A stretch of DNA of 45,539 nt from a virus. Made by a program: the position numbers and the translations under genes. Where the stretch lies: IMG/VR virus record IMGVR_UViG_3300045988_099253; one strand, written 5' to 3'. The stretch's first letter is position 1. Each line of letters starts with the position of its first letter. The notes below the pieces were generated by a model. The model did no database searches and was not told the DNA's origin. It was given only the letters and a program-made list of their open reading frames with translations. Of the stretch, positions 1 to 8,058 are shown one piece after another.

Positions 1-17
1 GTAATGCTGATTCCCGC

Positions 18-55
18 CCGCATTGCAATCCCAGGTTACTCAGCTAAATAATAAT
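18..55 (+). repeat. 38-bp recombination-site-like inverted repeat (copy in the duplicated segment)
   Basis: CCGCATTGCAATCCCAGGTTACTCAGCTAAATAATAAT, identical to 43899-43936. Confidence 0.85.
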
Positions 56-469
56 TTCAAAGCAAGGGATGCTTCTCTGGAAATTGGCCAGGTTGAGCAA
101 GGGGCTTACGTATATCTCCGCAACAAAGTTACAAATAACTTGCTGATGCTTAGGCTTAATGAGGACGATAAAAAACTTGTATTTAATTCTGAAGTTGATG
201 GACAATGGGGGACTGAAACCGAACTCGTTACAAAGTCCGATTTAGTCAAAAAGGCTACAGTAACACTAAATCTATCAGAGGCTGGGACTGCTAGTATACT
301 AGCAGCAAAACTCGGGATTGTAGTCGGTGTCAATACCAATAATACTAATGCGATTTGCGATTTAATATCTATCAATGATGAATGGTATGTTAGATTTAGG
401 GAAATTACTTCTGACGTACCAATTACAGGTCAAGTTACATTAGATTATTGGTATATACCTGTCCAATAG
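23..469 (+). CDS. Tail-fibre alternative C-terminal cassette 2 (LQSQVTQLNNN-FKARD...), duplicate of 45071-45517
   Basis: Identical 148-aa translation. It begins inside the 38-bp repeat, has no SD or ATG, and has an in-frame stop just upstream. Confidence 0.7.
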   Translation: MQSQVTQLNNNFKARDASLEIGQVEQGAYVYLRNKVTNNLLMLRLNEDDKKLVFNSEVDGQWGTETELVTKSDLVKKATVTLNLSEAGTASILAAKLGIVVGVNTNNTNAICDLISINDEWYVRFREITSDVPITGQVTLDYWYIPVQ

Positions 470-565
470 CAGGCTATCTTTCGCAATAATGATAATAGTA
501 TTATTGTTTCACCTAAAAAGACGAATAACACAGTTACAATAAACTGGTTCCAGTTTAATTAATTT

Positions 566-1072
566 CTATCCTATAGCTATTACCATGATATGTATAATCC
601 CGTTATACGAACTTCCATCATTTGCATTCCGGGCGTATATTATCAGTTCGTTAGGTCTTACCTGGGCAGTAAAAACAAGATTTTGCACACCCGCCGAACT
701 TCTGTATTCTTGGTTAATACATACAGCACTGTCATATGTTATCCCAGGAAATGAGATCTCCGCGAATCCGTTAGAGAATTGGACATCAGGTTTTTTTAGA
801 ACTTTTAAATCGGACTTTAAGGCAGTCGCTTGCCATCCGGTCCAATTATTACCATTGTTGTAGTTCGTATATAATCGGTTGTCTCGCCCCTCAATAGAAA
901 TGAACCACGAATTGGCACGATGCATAATATGGGTAACGCAATATCTAGCATTATCATTCGGGAGATCAGCAGTGTCTCCTCCAGTGGATACATTCTCAAA
1001 TGTGCTCACATTTTTTGCGTAATCTAGCAAAGATCCGTTTATGGCGGTATTGACATTTCGTAAATTATTATT
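566..1072 (-). CDS. Tail-fibre cassette 3 (silent), duplicate of 44468-44974
   Basis: Identical translation to the right-hand copy. Confidence 0.5.
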   Translation of the reverse strand, partial: NNNLRNVNTAINGSLLDYAKNVSTFENVSTGGDTADLPNDNARYCVTHIMHRANSWFISIEGRDNRLYTNYNNGNNWTGWQATALKSDLKVLKKPDVQFSNGFAEISFPGITYDSAVCINQEYRSSAGVQNLVFTAQVRPNELIIYARNANDGSSYNGIIHIMVIAIG

Positions 1073-1075
1073 TTA

Positions 1076-1636
1076 TTAATAAGAAATATCCTTTTTAATC
1101 CATAGCGATATCACTTCAACTAATGTGTTTTTTAATGGGGACATGTTTTCATCAAAGCATCTAACAATAATTGTTTTTTGGTATACTGTTGGGATTGATA
1201 ATCTGACATAAACCGAATTTATATATGCTCCAATCAATGAGTATCCTTCTGGTCTATTTATCGTGATATTTCCAGAATCTGATGTATTGCCAGTTGTTTT
1301 ACGGTGAGTAATTAGATCACCTAAATCGGACTTTGTTACGAGTTCATACACCTCCCAGTGATTCAATGCGTACACAAATTCCTTTGGTCGATCATAATAA
1401 GTGATAACCAAAAACGAATTATAATTGCTAAGAGATTGAATTCCCACGGCCAGTGCTCGGCCACCCAAATGGTTCTGAATTTCAACAAGTATCGGCTTAT
1501 TGGTAACAATAGAGGTTTTAAAATCTTCCAGAGCTGTTTGAATGATTTTATCATCATTGAGACTTCCCGTAACATCTCGATGATAAACATCAAATTTTGA
1601 CATATTATTATTTAGCTGAGTAACCTGGGATTGCAA
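1076..1636 (-). CDS. Tail-fibre C-terminal cassette 1 (MSKFDVYH...), here detached from the constant N-terminus; duplicate of 43904-44464
   Basis: The 186-aa translation is identical to the C-terminus of the 43658-44464 product. Confidence 0.7.
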   Translation of the reverse strand: MQSQVTQLNNNMSKFDVYHRDVTGSLNDDKIIQTALEDFKTSIVTNKPILVEIQNHLGGRALAVGIQSLSNYNSFLVITYYDRPKEFVYALNHWEVYELVTKSDLGDLITHRKTTGNTSDSGNITINRPEGYSLIGAYINSVYVRLSIPTVYQKTIIVRCFDENMSPLKNTLVEVISLWIKKDISY

Positions 1637-1641
1637 TGCGG
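1604..1641 (-). repeat. 38-bp inverted repeat copy
   Basis: Reverse complement of 18-55. Confidence 0.85.
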
Positions 1642-1807
1642 GCGGGAATCAGCATTACATGGACCATAAAAATGGAATGTACACTGATAACCGCCCGCTC
1701 CCCGGAGGTGAATGAGATTGTATGGGCGTACCACCGCGCGGGTGCAGAGGCCCCTATATTAATAATAACGCGGCCATAGACCTTTTTGTGACCATTTTGG
1801 AGGAAAA

Positions 1808-2665
1808 ATGAATAAAGAAATTACAAAATTGATAGACCAGGCCAAATCCTGGGATGGATACCTGGAGAAAAAGAGCAACCGGGAGTTGGACGATTTTACG
1901 GCCAACGCCGGAAACAAAAACTATACATGCTTTGCCCGGGATTACCGGGAACATACCGGCCAGAACTTCCAGGGCCAGCCCTGGTGCGCAATGTATGTGT
2001 CTGAGGTATTTGTCCAGGCGTTTGGCCTGGAGGCCGCCAGGCGGCTCCTGGGCGGTGATTTATACCATTACTGCCCAACCGGAGTGGCCCAGTTTAAAAA
2101 GGCAGGCCTGTGGAGTCAGACCCCGGAGCCTGGAGCCGTGATATTTTTTACCAACGGCCAGCGGGCGCACCATACTGGGATTGTGACAGAGGTGACGTCC
2201 ACACGGGTCAAGACCATCGAGGGCAACACGTCTGGCGCATCCGGCGTCATCCCAAACGGCGGCGGGGTCTGCCGGAAGTCCTACCGCAAAGACTACGGCC
2301 AGATCCTGGGATACGGGATCCCGGACTGGAGCCTGGTGGAGCCCGCAAAAAAATCTGGCTGGATCCAGGAGGCCGGGACCTGGAGATACTACCACGGCGA
2401 CACAGGCGAGCCGATACGAAATGACTGGCACCGGGATCCCGATGGCCGGTGGTACTGGTTTGATGGTGCCGGCACAATGGTCACCAACGCCTGGCGGCAG
2501 GATAAGGCCGGGAAGTGGTATTACCTTGGCTCTGATGGTGCAATGGTAATAGGCAGGCTCATGCAGATTGGTGATGAGGTCTTTGCCTTCGGCCCGGATG
2601 GAGCCATGCTGCGGGGAGAGATTAGGTGCTGGGCGGACGAGAGGGGAGCCCTCCGGATGATGTAA
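1808..2665 (+). CDS. Endolysin: CHAP-type peptidase/amidase domain plus C-terminal cell-wall-binding repeats
   Basis: SD GGAGGA upstream. Cys in QPWCAMYV and His in AHHTGIV fit a CHAP fold. Three repeats are of the GxWYY/GxM type (GTWRYYHGDTGEP, GRWYWFDGAGTM, GKWYYLGSDGAM). Confidence 0.85.
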   Translation: MNKEITKLIDQAKSWDGYLEKKSNRELDDFTANAGNKNYTCFARDYREHTGQNFQGQPWCAMYVSEVFVQAFGLEAARRLLGGDLYHYCPTGVAQFKKAGLWSQTPEPGAVIFFTNGQRAHHTGIVTEVTSTRVKTIEGNTSGASGVIPNGGGVCRKSYRKDYGQILGYGIPDWSLVEPAKKSGWIQEAGTWRYYHGDTGEPIRNDWHRDPDGRWYWFDGAGTMVTNAWRQDKAGKWYYLGSDGAMVIGRLMQIGDEVFAFGPDGAMLRGEIRCWADERGALRMM

Positions 2666-2699
2666 AAAGGCGGCAGATTGCCGCCCTCATCTCCTTTTT
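2664..2699. terminator. Bidirectional rho-independent terminator between the endolysin and the convergent minus-strand operon
   Basis: GGCGGC-agatt-GCCGCC hairpin flanked by an A-run on the left and a T-rich tract on the right. Confidence 0.6.
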
Positions 2700-2700
2700 G

Positions 2701-2729
2701 TTGACATTTAACGCAAACTCAAGTATACT
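2701..2729 (+). promoter_or_regulatory. Near-consensus sigma70-type promoter pointing into the 3' end of the minus-strand operon
   Basis: TTGACA, 17-nt spacer, TATACT. Confidence 0.5.
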
Positions 2730-2844
2730 GACCTTGTCAGACGCAGCGGATGCGCTGCTGTTCTGGAGCTGCCAGCAATTCCGGCGGCCACGGATTGAAA
2801 TATTAATGTTAACGCAACAGTGACAGGACTAGGAGGGGGATGCC

Positions 2845-3144
2845 TTAACGGCTTTCCCCTTCAGTCTTTCCATCCCCATAGCACTGATAAAAAGCATCTA
2901 CCAGGCTTGCGATATCTTCCGGATTTAATTTATCAGTGATATCTTTCGGGACCCGATCATAATTGATCCGGAAAAGTTCCTGGTATCTTCCGATTCGGCT
3001 GGCTCTTTTGACCATTTCAAGTTTGTACATTTCTCCCAGCTCTTCCGTGGAGATTTCTCCAGCTTTGACAGCTCTTTTCCCTTCGGCAGTTAAGATTTTC
3101 ATAGCCTCTTCTTTTTTTACTGTTCCAATTCCGTTAATTTTCAT
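2845..3144 (-). CDS. Hypothetical protein, translationally coupled to the upstream XRE regulator
   Basis: 99-aa ORF with a 4-nt ATGA-type overlap with 3141-3359. Confidence 0.6.
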   Translation of the reverse strand: MKINGIGTVKKEEAMKILTAEGKRAVKAGEISTEELGEMYKLEMVKRASRIGRYQELFRINYDRVPKDITDKLNPEDIASLVDAFYQCYGDGKTEGESR

Positions 3145-3359
3145 TCCTGTTCCTCCTTAGCATTTTCTTTTTCAATCAAATCTTCGATTCGGCATCCAAG
3201 CACTATGGACAGCCGATAAACAAATTCGGCGCTGGCTAGATTAATGTTTCTGCGCCCTTGCTCATAGGATTTGATAGATCCTATGCTGACATTTGCTGCC
3301 TGTGCCAGTCGTTGTTGGGTATACCCCTTCTCCTCACGGATCCTTTTTAAATTGGTCAT
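3141..3359 (-). CDS. XRE-family helix-turn-helix transcriptional regulator
   Basis: The KGYTQQRLAQAANVSIGSIKSYEQGRRN motif is typical of HTH_3. Confidence 0.8.
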   Translation of the reverse strand: MTNLKRIREEKGYTQQRLAQAANVSIGSIKSYEQGRRNINLASAEFVYRLSIVLGCRIEDLIEKENAKEEQE

Positions 3360-3370
3360 TTACACTCTCC

Positions 3371-3775
3371 TTAGATTGTTCCCAGCTTGTCACAGTCCAC
3401 GAATTTTGCCCCGTCCCATTTTGCAAATCGGATATAGGATTCCCCGCGGTAGTCCTTCTGGCCGTAGCCATAAACCTGTCCGATTTCCGGGTGGAACACT
3501 ACCAGCTCGCCTTCCTCTCCATGAGTGGCAGAGTATGTTCCGATCTTTTCGTTAAAGTTGTATTTGCCGTGCTCATCCATTTTGCATACCCAAGGGAGGC
3601 TATACCGCCGTGTGTTGTAAGATGCAAAGGTATCAATGACAGCGTTTTCGATTTTTTCAGCCATATTTTTGGCCTCCTTCCATGCTTCTTTCAAAGCGGC
3701 GGAGATTGTAGCCCCTGCTTTTTTAACCAGTTCCCATGCTCTTTTCATAATCTCTGATAAATTGTATTTTTTCAT
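3371..3775 (-). CDS. Hypothetical protein
   Basis: 134-aa ORF with SD GGAGGT upstream of the ATG. The N-terminal LSEIMKRAWELVKK helix is common in mobile-element proteins. Confidence 0.6.
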   Translation of the reverse strand: MKKYNLSEIMKRAWELVKKAGATISAALKEAWKEAKNMAEKIENAVIDTFASYNTRRYSLPWVCKMDEHGKYNFNEKIGTYSATHGEEGELVVFHPEIGQVYGYGQKDYRGESYIRFAKWDGAKFVDCDKLGTI

Positions 3776-3965
3776 TTTGTACTACCTCCATCGCATTTGT
3801 TATGGTCTTATTGTACTACTGTGGTCTCCCAAAGTCTAGTGGCAAAATGCCCAAATTTCGGCAGTATTTTTGTGCATCTTGTGCGACTGTGGTTGCCCTA
3901 AGCCTAGGGAGTAAATTTCTTTTTTTATCCCGCGTGGCGAAGGACGCAATATAAAAAAGAGAGGT

Positions 3966-5540
3966 TTAGAGCTCAACATAAAGGGTCTCCCCGTCCCAGA
4001 CACACTTCTTTATTACTTCTCGGGCGATTGCATTCCTTTCGGCTGCCGTAAACCCATCAAAGTTTCGCATCTTCTCACTGATGATTTTTGCTCGTTCCTG
4101 TGTGGATACCTGGGCGGCAGAGCGTTTCCGTTCCTCCGACGCAGCTATGGTATATTCCCGGTTTAGGGCCTGTATCTCCAGGTCAAACCGTTCCATTTCT
4201 GCGATGATGTATTTTGTCGCAGCGGAGCCAGAGGCCAGGGCCAGCGAGGCCGCCAGCTTCTCGATTTTTGCTTCACAGGATTTTATCTGGCCGGAAATCT
4301 TTTTGGGATCCGGTCTGGCGGCGGTATCCTGGTCCTTCTGGACGTACCGGAGGATGGCGGTATTATCTTGCTCGACTGCGCGGAGGATATTTATGACCTT
4401 TACATCCAGGATCTCGCACTTAATCTGTCTCATATCACAGGCATCCGCGCCTTGTCGTGTCCGTTTGGGGCAGTAATATGCGGAGGAGACGGACCCGTCT
4501 ACTTTTTGCTTGCGGCCGATTGACATGAGCGCGCCGCACTTGCACCGGATCACGCCTTTTAAGAGAGGAGACGGCCAGCGAGCGGTTTTAAAACGCTGAT
4601 TCTGGGCAAACCGGGCCTGTACCGCAAGCCACTTTTCGGCTGGCATAAAGGGCTTGTGGACGCCCAGACACACCCTCCACTGGTCTGGGGGCTGTAATTC
4701 GTGTTTCTTATTTTTCTCCGTGGTGCGGCCATAGACCATGACACCGACGGAGCCGTCCCATTTTTCCCGGGGGGATCCCGGGTCCATGATACATCCTTTG
4801 GCCTGGTAAAAGTCGTATACCTCCGGTGTAGCCTCTGCACAATATGGCATGGTCAAGATTTTGTGGAGCTGCGAAGCAGAGAAAAAGCCGCCCCGCTGCG
4901 TCCGTACGCCTTTGTGCTTAAACTGCGTCTCCATCTTTTGTATGCTGCCGCCAAACTGGATAAACGAGTCAAAAATCCAGGTCACATATCGGGCCCCCTC
5001 CGGATCCGGCGTAATGGCACAGTGCTTTTTCCCGTCCACGATGATCTGGTCCCTTACATATCCGACAGGTGGGTTCCCGCCGACCCAGTAGCCTTTTTTG
5101 GCCAGGCCGATCATGTTGTCGGTCACTCTGGCGGCGATAGTTTCCCTTTCCATCTGGGCAAATACTACAGTCACATACATCATGGCCCGGCCAATGGGTG
5201 TGGATGTGTCAATGTTTTCTTTGATGGATACGAATTTTACCCTGTGTTCCTCCAGAGTGGCGTAGATATTGGCAAAATCCCGGACATCCCTGGACAGCCT
5301 GTCCAGTTGGTAAACGATAAGGACATCTGCGGCGCCGGACCGGATATCCTCCAGAAGCCGCTGTAAGTCCGGGCGGTTGGTGTTGGCCCCGGTAAAATCC
5401 TCATCGGAGTAGGCCCGGAAGTCGTCCACCTGGCCGGAATACTTGACGTTGACGTAGTCCCGGCACATTCGGAACTGGTTGTCCACGGAGTCGGAGCGGT
5501 CAGAGTACACAGATTTACGCCCATAGCAACAAAATATCAT
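3966..5540 (-). CDS. Large serine recombinase (phage integrase)
   Basis: N-terminal resolvase catalytic domain (YGRKSVYSD...DNQ, DRLSRD), recombinase domain (GGNPPVGY), zinc ribbon (CKCG...YYCPKR) and C-terminal coiled coil. SD GGAGGTGG precedes the ATG at 5540. Confidence 0.9.
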   Translation of the reverse strand: MIFCCYGRKSVYSDRSDSVDNQFRMCRDYVNVKYSGQVDDFRAYSDEDFTGANTNRPDLQRLLEDIRSGAADVLIVYQLDRLSRDVRDFANIYATLEEHRVKFVSIKENIDTSTPIGRAMMYVTVVFAQMERETIAARVTDNMIGLAKKGYWVGGNPPVGYVRDQIIVDGKKHCAITPDPEGARYVTWIFDSFIQFGGSIQKMETQFKHKGVRTQRGGFFSASQLHKILTMPYCAEATPEVYDFYQAKGCIMDPGSPREKWDGSVGVMVYGRTTEKNKKHELQPPDQWRVCLGVHKPFMPAEKWLAVQARFAQNQRFKTARWPSPLLKGVIRCKCGALMSIGRKQKVDGSVSSAYYCPKRTRQGADACDMRQIKCEILDVKVINILRAVEQDNTAILRYVQKDQDTAARPDPKKISGQIKSCEAKIEKLAASLALASGSAATKYIIAEMERFDLEIQALNREYTIAASEERKRSAAQVSTQERAKIISEKMRNFDGFTAAERNAIAREVIKKCVWDGETLYVEL

Positions 5541-5602
5541 ATGTCCACCTCCCAAAAAGTGTATAAAAAATACGCCCCTTGCCAGGACGCGCCGGAGATG
5601 GT

Positions 5603-5628
5603 ATAATTCAAGTGTTGAGTTGAATTAT
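5603..5628. other. Candidate attP core: 9-bp perfect inverted repeat ATAATTCAA-n8-TTGAATTAT just upstream of the integrase
   Basis: Seen directly. It lies in the int-proximal intergenic region of an excised or circular genome. Confidence 0.25.
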
Positions 5629-5664
5629 CTTTCCGGGTAAACCTGGTAAGAGAATCTATCTAAA

Positions 5665-5699
5665 AGCCGTTCCGGTTGCTGCCGGGGCGGTTTTTAACA
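5665..5699 (-). terminator. Rho-independent terminator after the 5707-6333 gene
   Basis: GCCGTTCCGG/CCGGGGCGGT stem (two G-U pairs) followed by a U-run on the minus strand. Confidence 0.45.
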
Positions 5700-5706
5700 T
5701 TGATTG

Positions 5707-6333
5707 CTATTTAAGACCAAACTGTCCTTTGGAATAAAGCTTTCCATTCATAAAATAAAGATTCGCGTTTGATCCGATATCATATCCGTACCACAAATAA
5801 GCGCTTGCATTAGTGTCTGCAATGTCTGTCTCCACCATTGGCTCCCCTTCCTCGCCTATAATTTTTACACATTCTTCATATGTCATTCCTATTTGACATT
5901 GATTGTACTTTTCTAGTGTTATTTTATTTCCGAAAATATTTCCACCATCTAATACAACCCACATGAATGCAAAAACCAAACCAAAGCAAGTAACAAATGG
6001 AAGAATCTTCTTTCGTGTAGAATATAACGCAAAGCGTTCATTCCTTCCCATTTTTTCTGAACATTCCTTCAATATTTCAGTATCATATTTTTGAGATATG
6101 AAACTTACAGCTCTGCTCATAGGTTCATTTGATTTTTTTCCAAAAATGAAAGTATGAATATCACCATCATTAAGTTTAAATCTCATAAAACCGAAATTTG
6201 CATTGTCAGCGAATTGGTATTCGATAGATTTTATTTCATCATAGTAAAATATCTTATCTCGTTCCAGAAATTCCTCAATAGTTATTTTTTCTTTACCAAC
6301 ATATAATGTTTGCCCGTTCCCCTTTATACTCAT
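5707..6333 (-). CDS. Membrane-anchored protein with a DUF3862-like C-terminal domain. It sits in the moron/superinfection-exclusion position between attP and the repressor.
   Basis: Central TM helix (ILPFVTCFGLVFAFMWVVL). The C-terminal ITLEKYNQCQIGMTYEECVKIIG...YFMNGKLYSKGQFGLK pattern fits DUF3862. AT-rich. Confidence 0.65.
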   Translation of the reverse strand: MSIKGNGQTLYVGKEKITIEEFLERDKIFYYDEIKSIEYQFADNANFGFMRFKLNDGDIHTFIFGKKSNEPMSRAVSFISQKYDTEILKECSEKMGRNERFALYSTRKKILPFVTCFGLVFAFMWVVLDGGNIFGNKITLEKYNQCQIGMTYEECVKIIGEEGEPMVETDIADTNASAYLWYGYDIGSNANLYFMNGKLYSKGQFGLK

Positions 6334-6358
6334 TTTTCTCTCCTATAAAATAAAAATA

Positions 6359-6982
6359 TTATTTTACATCACTTTGAAATGCCATTGCTTTGCCTAAAAC
6401 ATGCACCTGGTTTAATTCGTTCCCAGAAAAAATCAGATCCTCATAGGCCGGATTCTCCGGTTTCAGAATCAACACCCCCTTATCTGGATAGTAATAGAGC
6501 CGTTTCAGTGTAGCTTCGCTGTCGTTGTTCACTACAACAGCGGCAATCTCTCCGTTTTCCACCATATCCTGTTTTCTTATAAATACTATGTCTCCGTCTA
6601 AAATTCTAGCCCCAACCATGCTGTCACCGGAGGCCCTTAAGCAGAAGTCTGCATTAATGTTTGTGCCCGCCATGACATAACTCTCCCTATCTTCATTTGT
6701 GTATTTTGGCTCTCCACAAGCGATTTCTCCCAACATTGGAAATCGTTTCAGCTCTATTGGGAAGATATTTGGGAATGTAGGTGGTTCTGGGTCTTGCCCG
6801 GTCATTAAGTAATCAACTGAAACACCAAGATAGTCAGCAATCTGGTGAATCTTTGTTACATTTGGTGTGCTTTTGCCTAATTTGCTTATATATCCTTTTC
6901 CAAAGTTCAAGTCAGTTTCTACTTTATTCATGGAAACGTTACTCTGTTTGCACAACTGTTGAATGCGTTCTTTTAAGTCCAT
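6359..6982 (-). CDS. CI/LexA-like phage repressor (XRE HTH + S24 peptidase)
   Basis: N-terminal HTH. C-terminal GDSM...ATLKRL Ser/Lys dyad typical of S24 autopeptidases. Confidence 0.85.
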   Translation of the reverse strand: MDLKERIQQLCKQSNVSMNKVETDLNFGKGYISKLGKSTPNVTKIHQIADYLGVSVDYLMTGQDPEPPTFPNIFPIELKRFPMLGEIACGEPKYTNEDRESYVMAGTNINADFCLRASGDSMVGARILDGDIVFIRKQDMVENGEIAAVVVNNDSEATLKRLYYYPDKGVLILKPENPAYEDLIFSGNELNQVHVLGKAMAFQSDVK

Positions 6983-7025
6983 TCTGCGCTCCTTTCAAAA
7001 CATCTGAAAAAATCGCAAAAACCTA

Positions 7026-7053
7026 TTGACAAACTGAAAATATCGCGTATAAT
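7026..7053 (+). promoter_or_regulatory. Rightward early promoter (PR-like)
   Basis: TTGACA, 16-nt spacer, TATAAT. Confidence 0.6.
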
Positions 7054-7133
7054 AATATTATGAGTTCTGAAAAAATCGCAAAACAATGGCGATATAAATA
7101 TTTGTCGGTTCTGTGATTTTGTGTGGTAGCTTG

Positions 7134-7162
7134 ATTATAGAATATTTTCAGAGTTTAGTCAA
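7134..7162 (-). promoter_or_regulatory. Leftward promoter toward the repressor (PRM-like)
   Basis: Minus strand reads TTGACT, 17-nt spacer, TATAAT. Confidence 0.5.
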
Positions 7163-7193
7163 TATCATTTTGTGATTTTTTCAGAATAGAAAT

Positions 7194-7409
7194 GTGGAAA
7201 GGAGGGGCTACTTGAAAGAATATTCAACACTTAAAGAGAGAGTTTCAAAGATTGCAAAAGAAAAAAATATTCCTCTCTATAAATTAGAGGAGGAAGCGAA
7301 TATCTCAAGAGGTAGCATTTCGAAGTGGGATGATATTTCCCCTTCCTTTGAAAAGGTATGCGCGGTAGCGAAAGTTTTAAAAGTCAATATAAATAAGTTG
7401 ACGGAATAA
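7194..7409 (+). CDS. Cro-like XRE HTH regulator (probable true start is TTG at 7212)
   Basis: NISRGSISKWDD HTH motif. SD GGAAAGGAGGGG lies 5 nt upstream of TTG 7212. Divergent from the repressor. Confidence 0.75.
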   Translation: MERRGYLKEYSTLKERVSKIAKEKNIPLYKLEEEANISRGSISKWDDISPSFEKVCAVAKVLKVNINKLTE

Positions 7410-7421
7410 GGGAGGTGAGTA

Positions 7422-7796
7422 ATGAAGGTACATATTAACGACATTAAGCCGGGAACGAAAATTGACCCGTCTTGGGAAATCATTGAGGATGAGCCAGAAG
7501 AGCTCGAAAGGTCGAAAGAACCTTGCAAATCAGCAGATTCGGACTTGAGTATTTTAAATAAATACAAGCCTGGAGACAAAATCGCCCCAGAAGATGTCGA
7601 GGCATTTACGAAAGCGGTTGAAGCAGAACAGAGACATATTTGCCCTAGTATAGACCGTTTCCAGAGTATTTCTCAGTTGTGCGATTATGCGATTCGAGAC
7701 TCAGAAAGGGCAGTAAAACTGTCACTGTTCTGTCTGATAATATCAACGGCTTGCCTAGGCTCAACCATTGCATTGTTTATACTTTTAATGCAATAG
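7422..7796 (+). CDS. Hypothetical protein with a C-terminal TM helix
   Basis: SD GGGAGGTGA; 124-aa ORF. Confidence 0.55.
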   Translation: MKVHINDIKPGTKIDPSWEIIEDEPEELERSKEPCKSADSDLSILNKYKPGDKIAPEDVEAFTKAVEAEQRHICPSIDRFQSISQLCDYAIRDSERAVKLSLFCLIISTACLGSTIALFILLMQ

Positions 7797-8058
7797 CGAT
7801 AATGCTGACAACCAGTGCGGCAAACGAAACGATGGTTGTTACCCAAAAGCGAAAGAGATCTTCTTTATAGATTTTCATTTCGACTTCGCCTTCTTGGGTG
7901 ACAATATAACCCCCAAATCCGAGAACATGACATTTATAAATATATCCTTTTTGGATAAGGAAATAATATAAATCGCGATTACGGTCAAAGTCCTTTGCAG
8001 TTGTGCCGTTTGAACGGTATATGGATTTTAATTTTTTGTACTGTTTTCTGGTTATCAT
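7777..8058 (-). CDS. Hypothetical membrane protein, convergent with and overlapping 7422-7796
   Basis: SD GGAGGGA upstream of the ATG at 8058. C-terminal TM helix. Confidence 0.5.
   Translation of the reverse strand: MITRKQYKKLKSIYRSNGTTAKDFDRNRDLYYFLIQKGYIYKCHVLGFGGYIVTQEGEVEMKIYKEDLFRFWVTTIVSFAALVVSIIAIALKV

Larger units (their letters stand above)
1..1658. repeat. Inverted duplicate of the tail-fibre invertible segment. 1-1641 is the reverse complement of 43899-45539, and 1-55 is also the reverse complement of 1604-1658.
   Basis: All three ORF translations are identical to those at 43658-45517 on the opposite strand. Junction sequences and the central palindrome were compared by eye. Confidence 0.9.
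7003..7185. promoter_or_regulatory. Immunity-switch region with three 18-bp operator-like repeats
   Basis: TCTGAAAAAATCGCAAAA at 7003-7020 and 7066-7083. An inverted copy with 1 mismatch lies at 7168-7185, and a partial copy at 7034-7046. Confidence 0.65.

Noticed and set aside
1659-1715. An 18-codon ORF (MDHKNGMYTDNRPLPGGE) directly after the right inverted repeat, considered as a holin or recombination directionality factor
   Set aside because: It is too short, not hydrophobic, and lacks an SD.
1854-2477. Multiple overlapping ORFs on both strands inside the endolysin gene (1854-2141, 1896-2078, 2060-2431, 2110-2424, 2247-2477)
   Set aside because: The region is GC-rich, which suppresses stop codons in all frames. 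The translations are Arg/Pro/Gly-rich low-complexity sequence, while the 1808-2665 frame carries clear CHAP and cell-wall-binding motifs.
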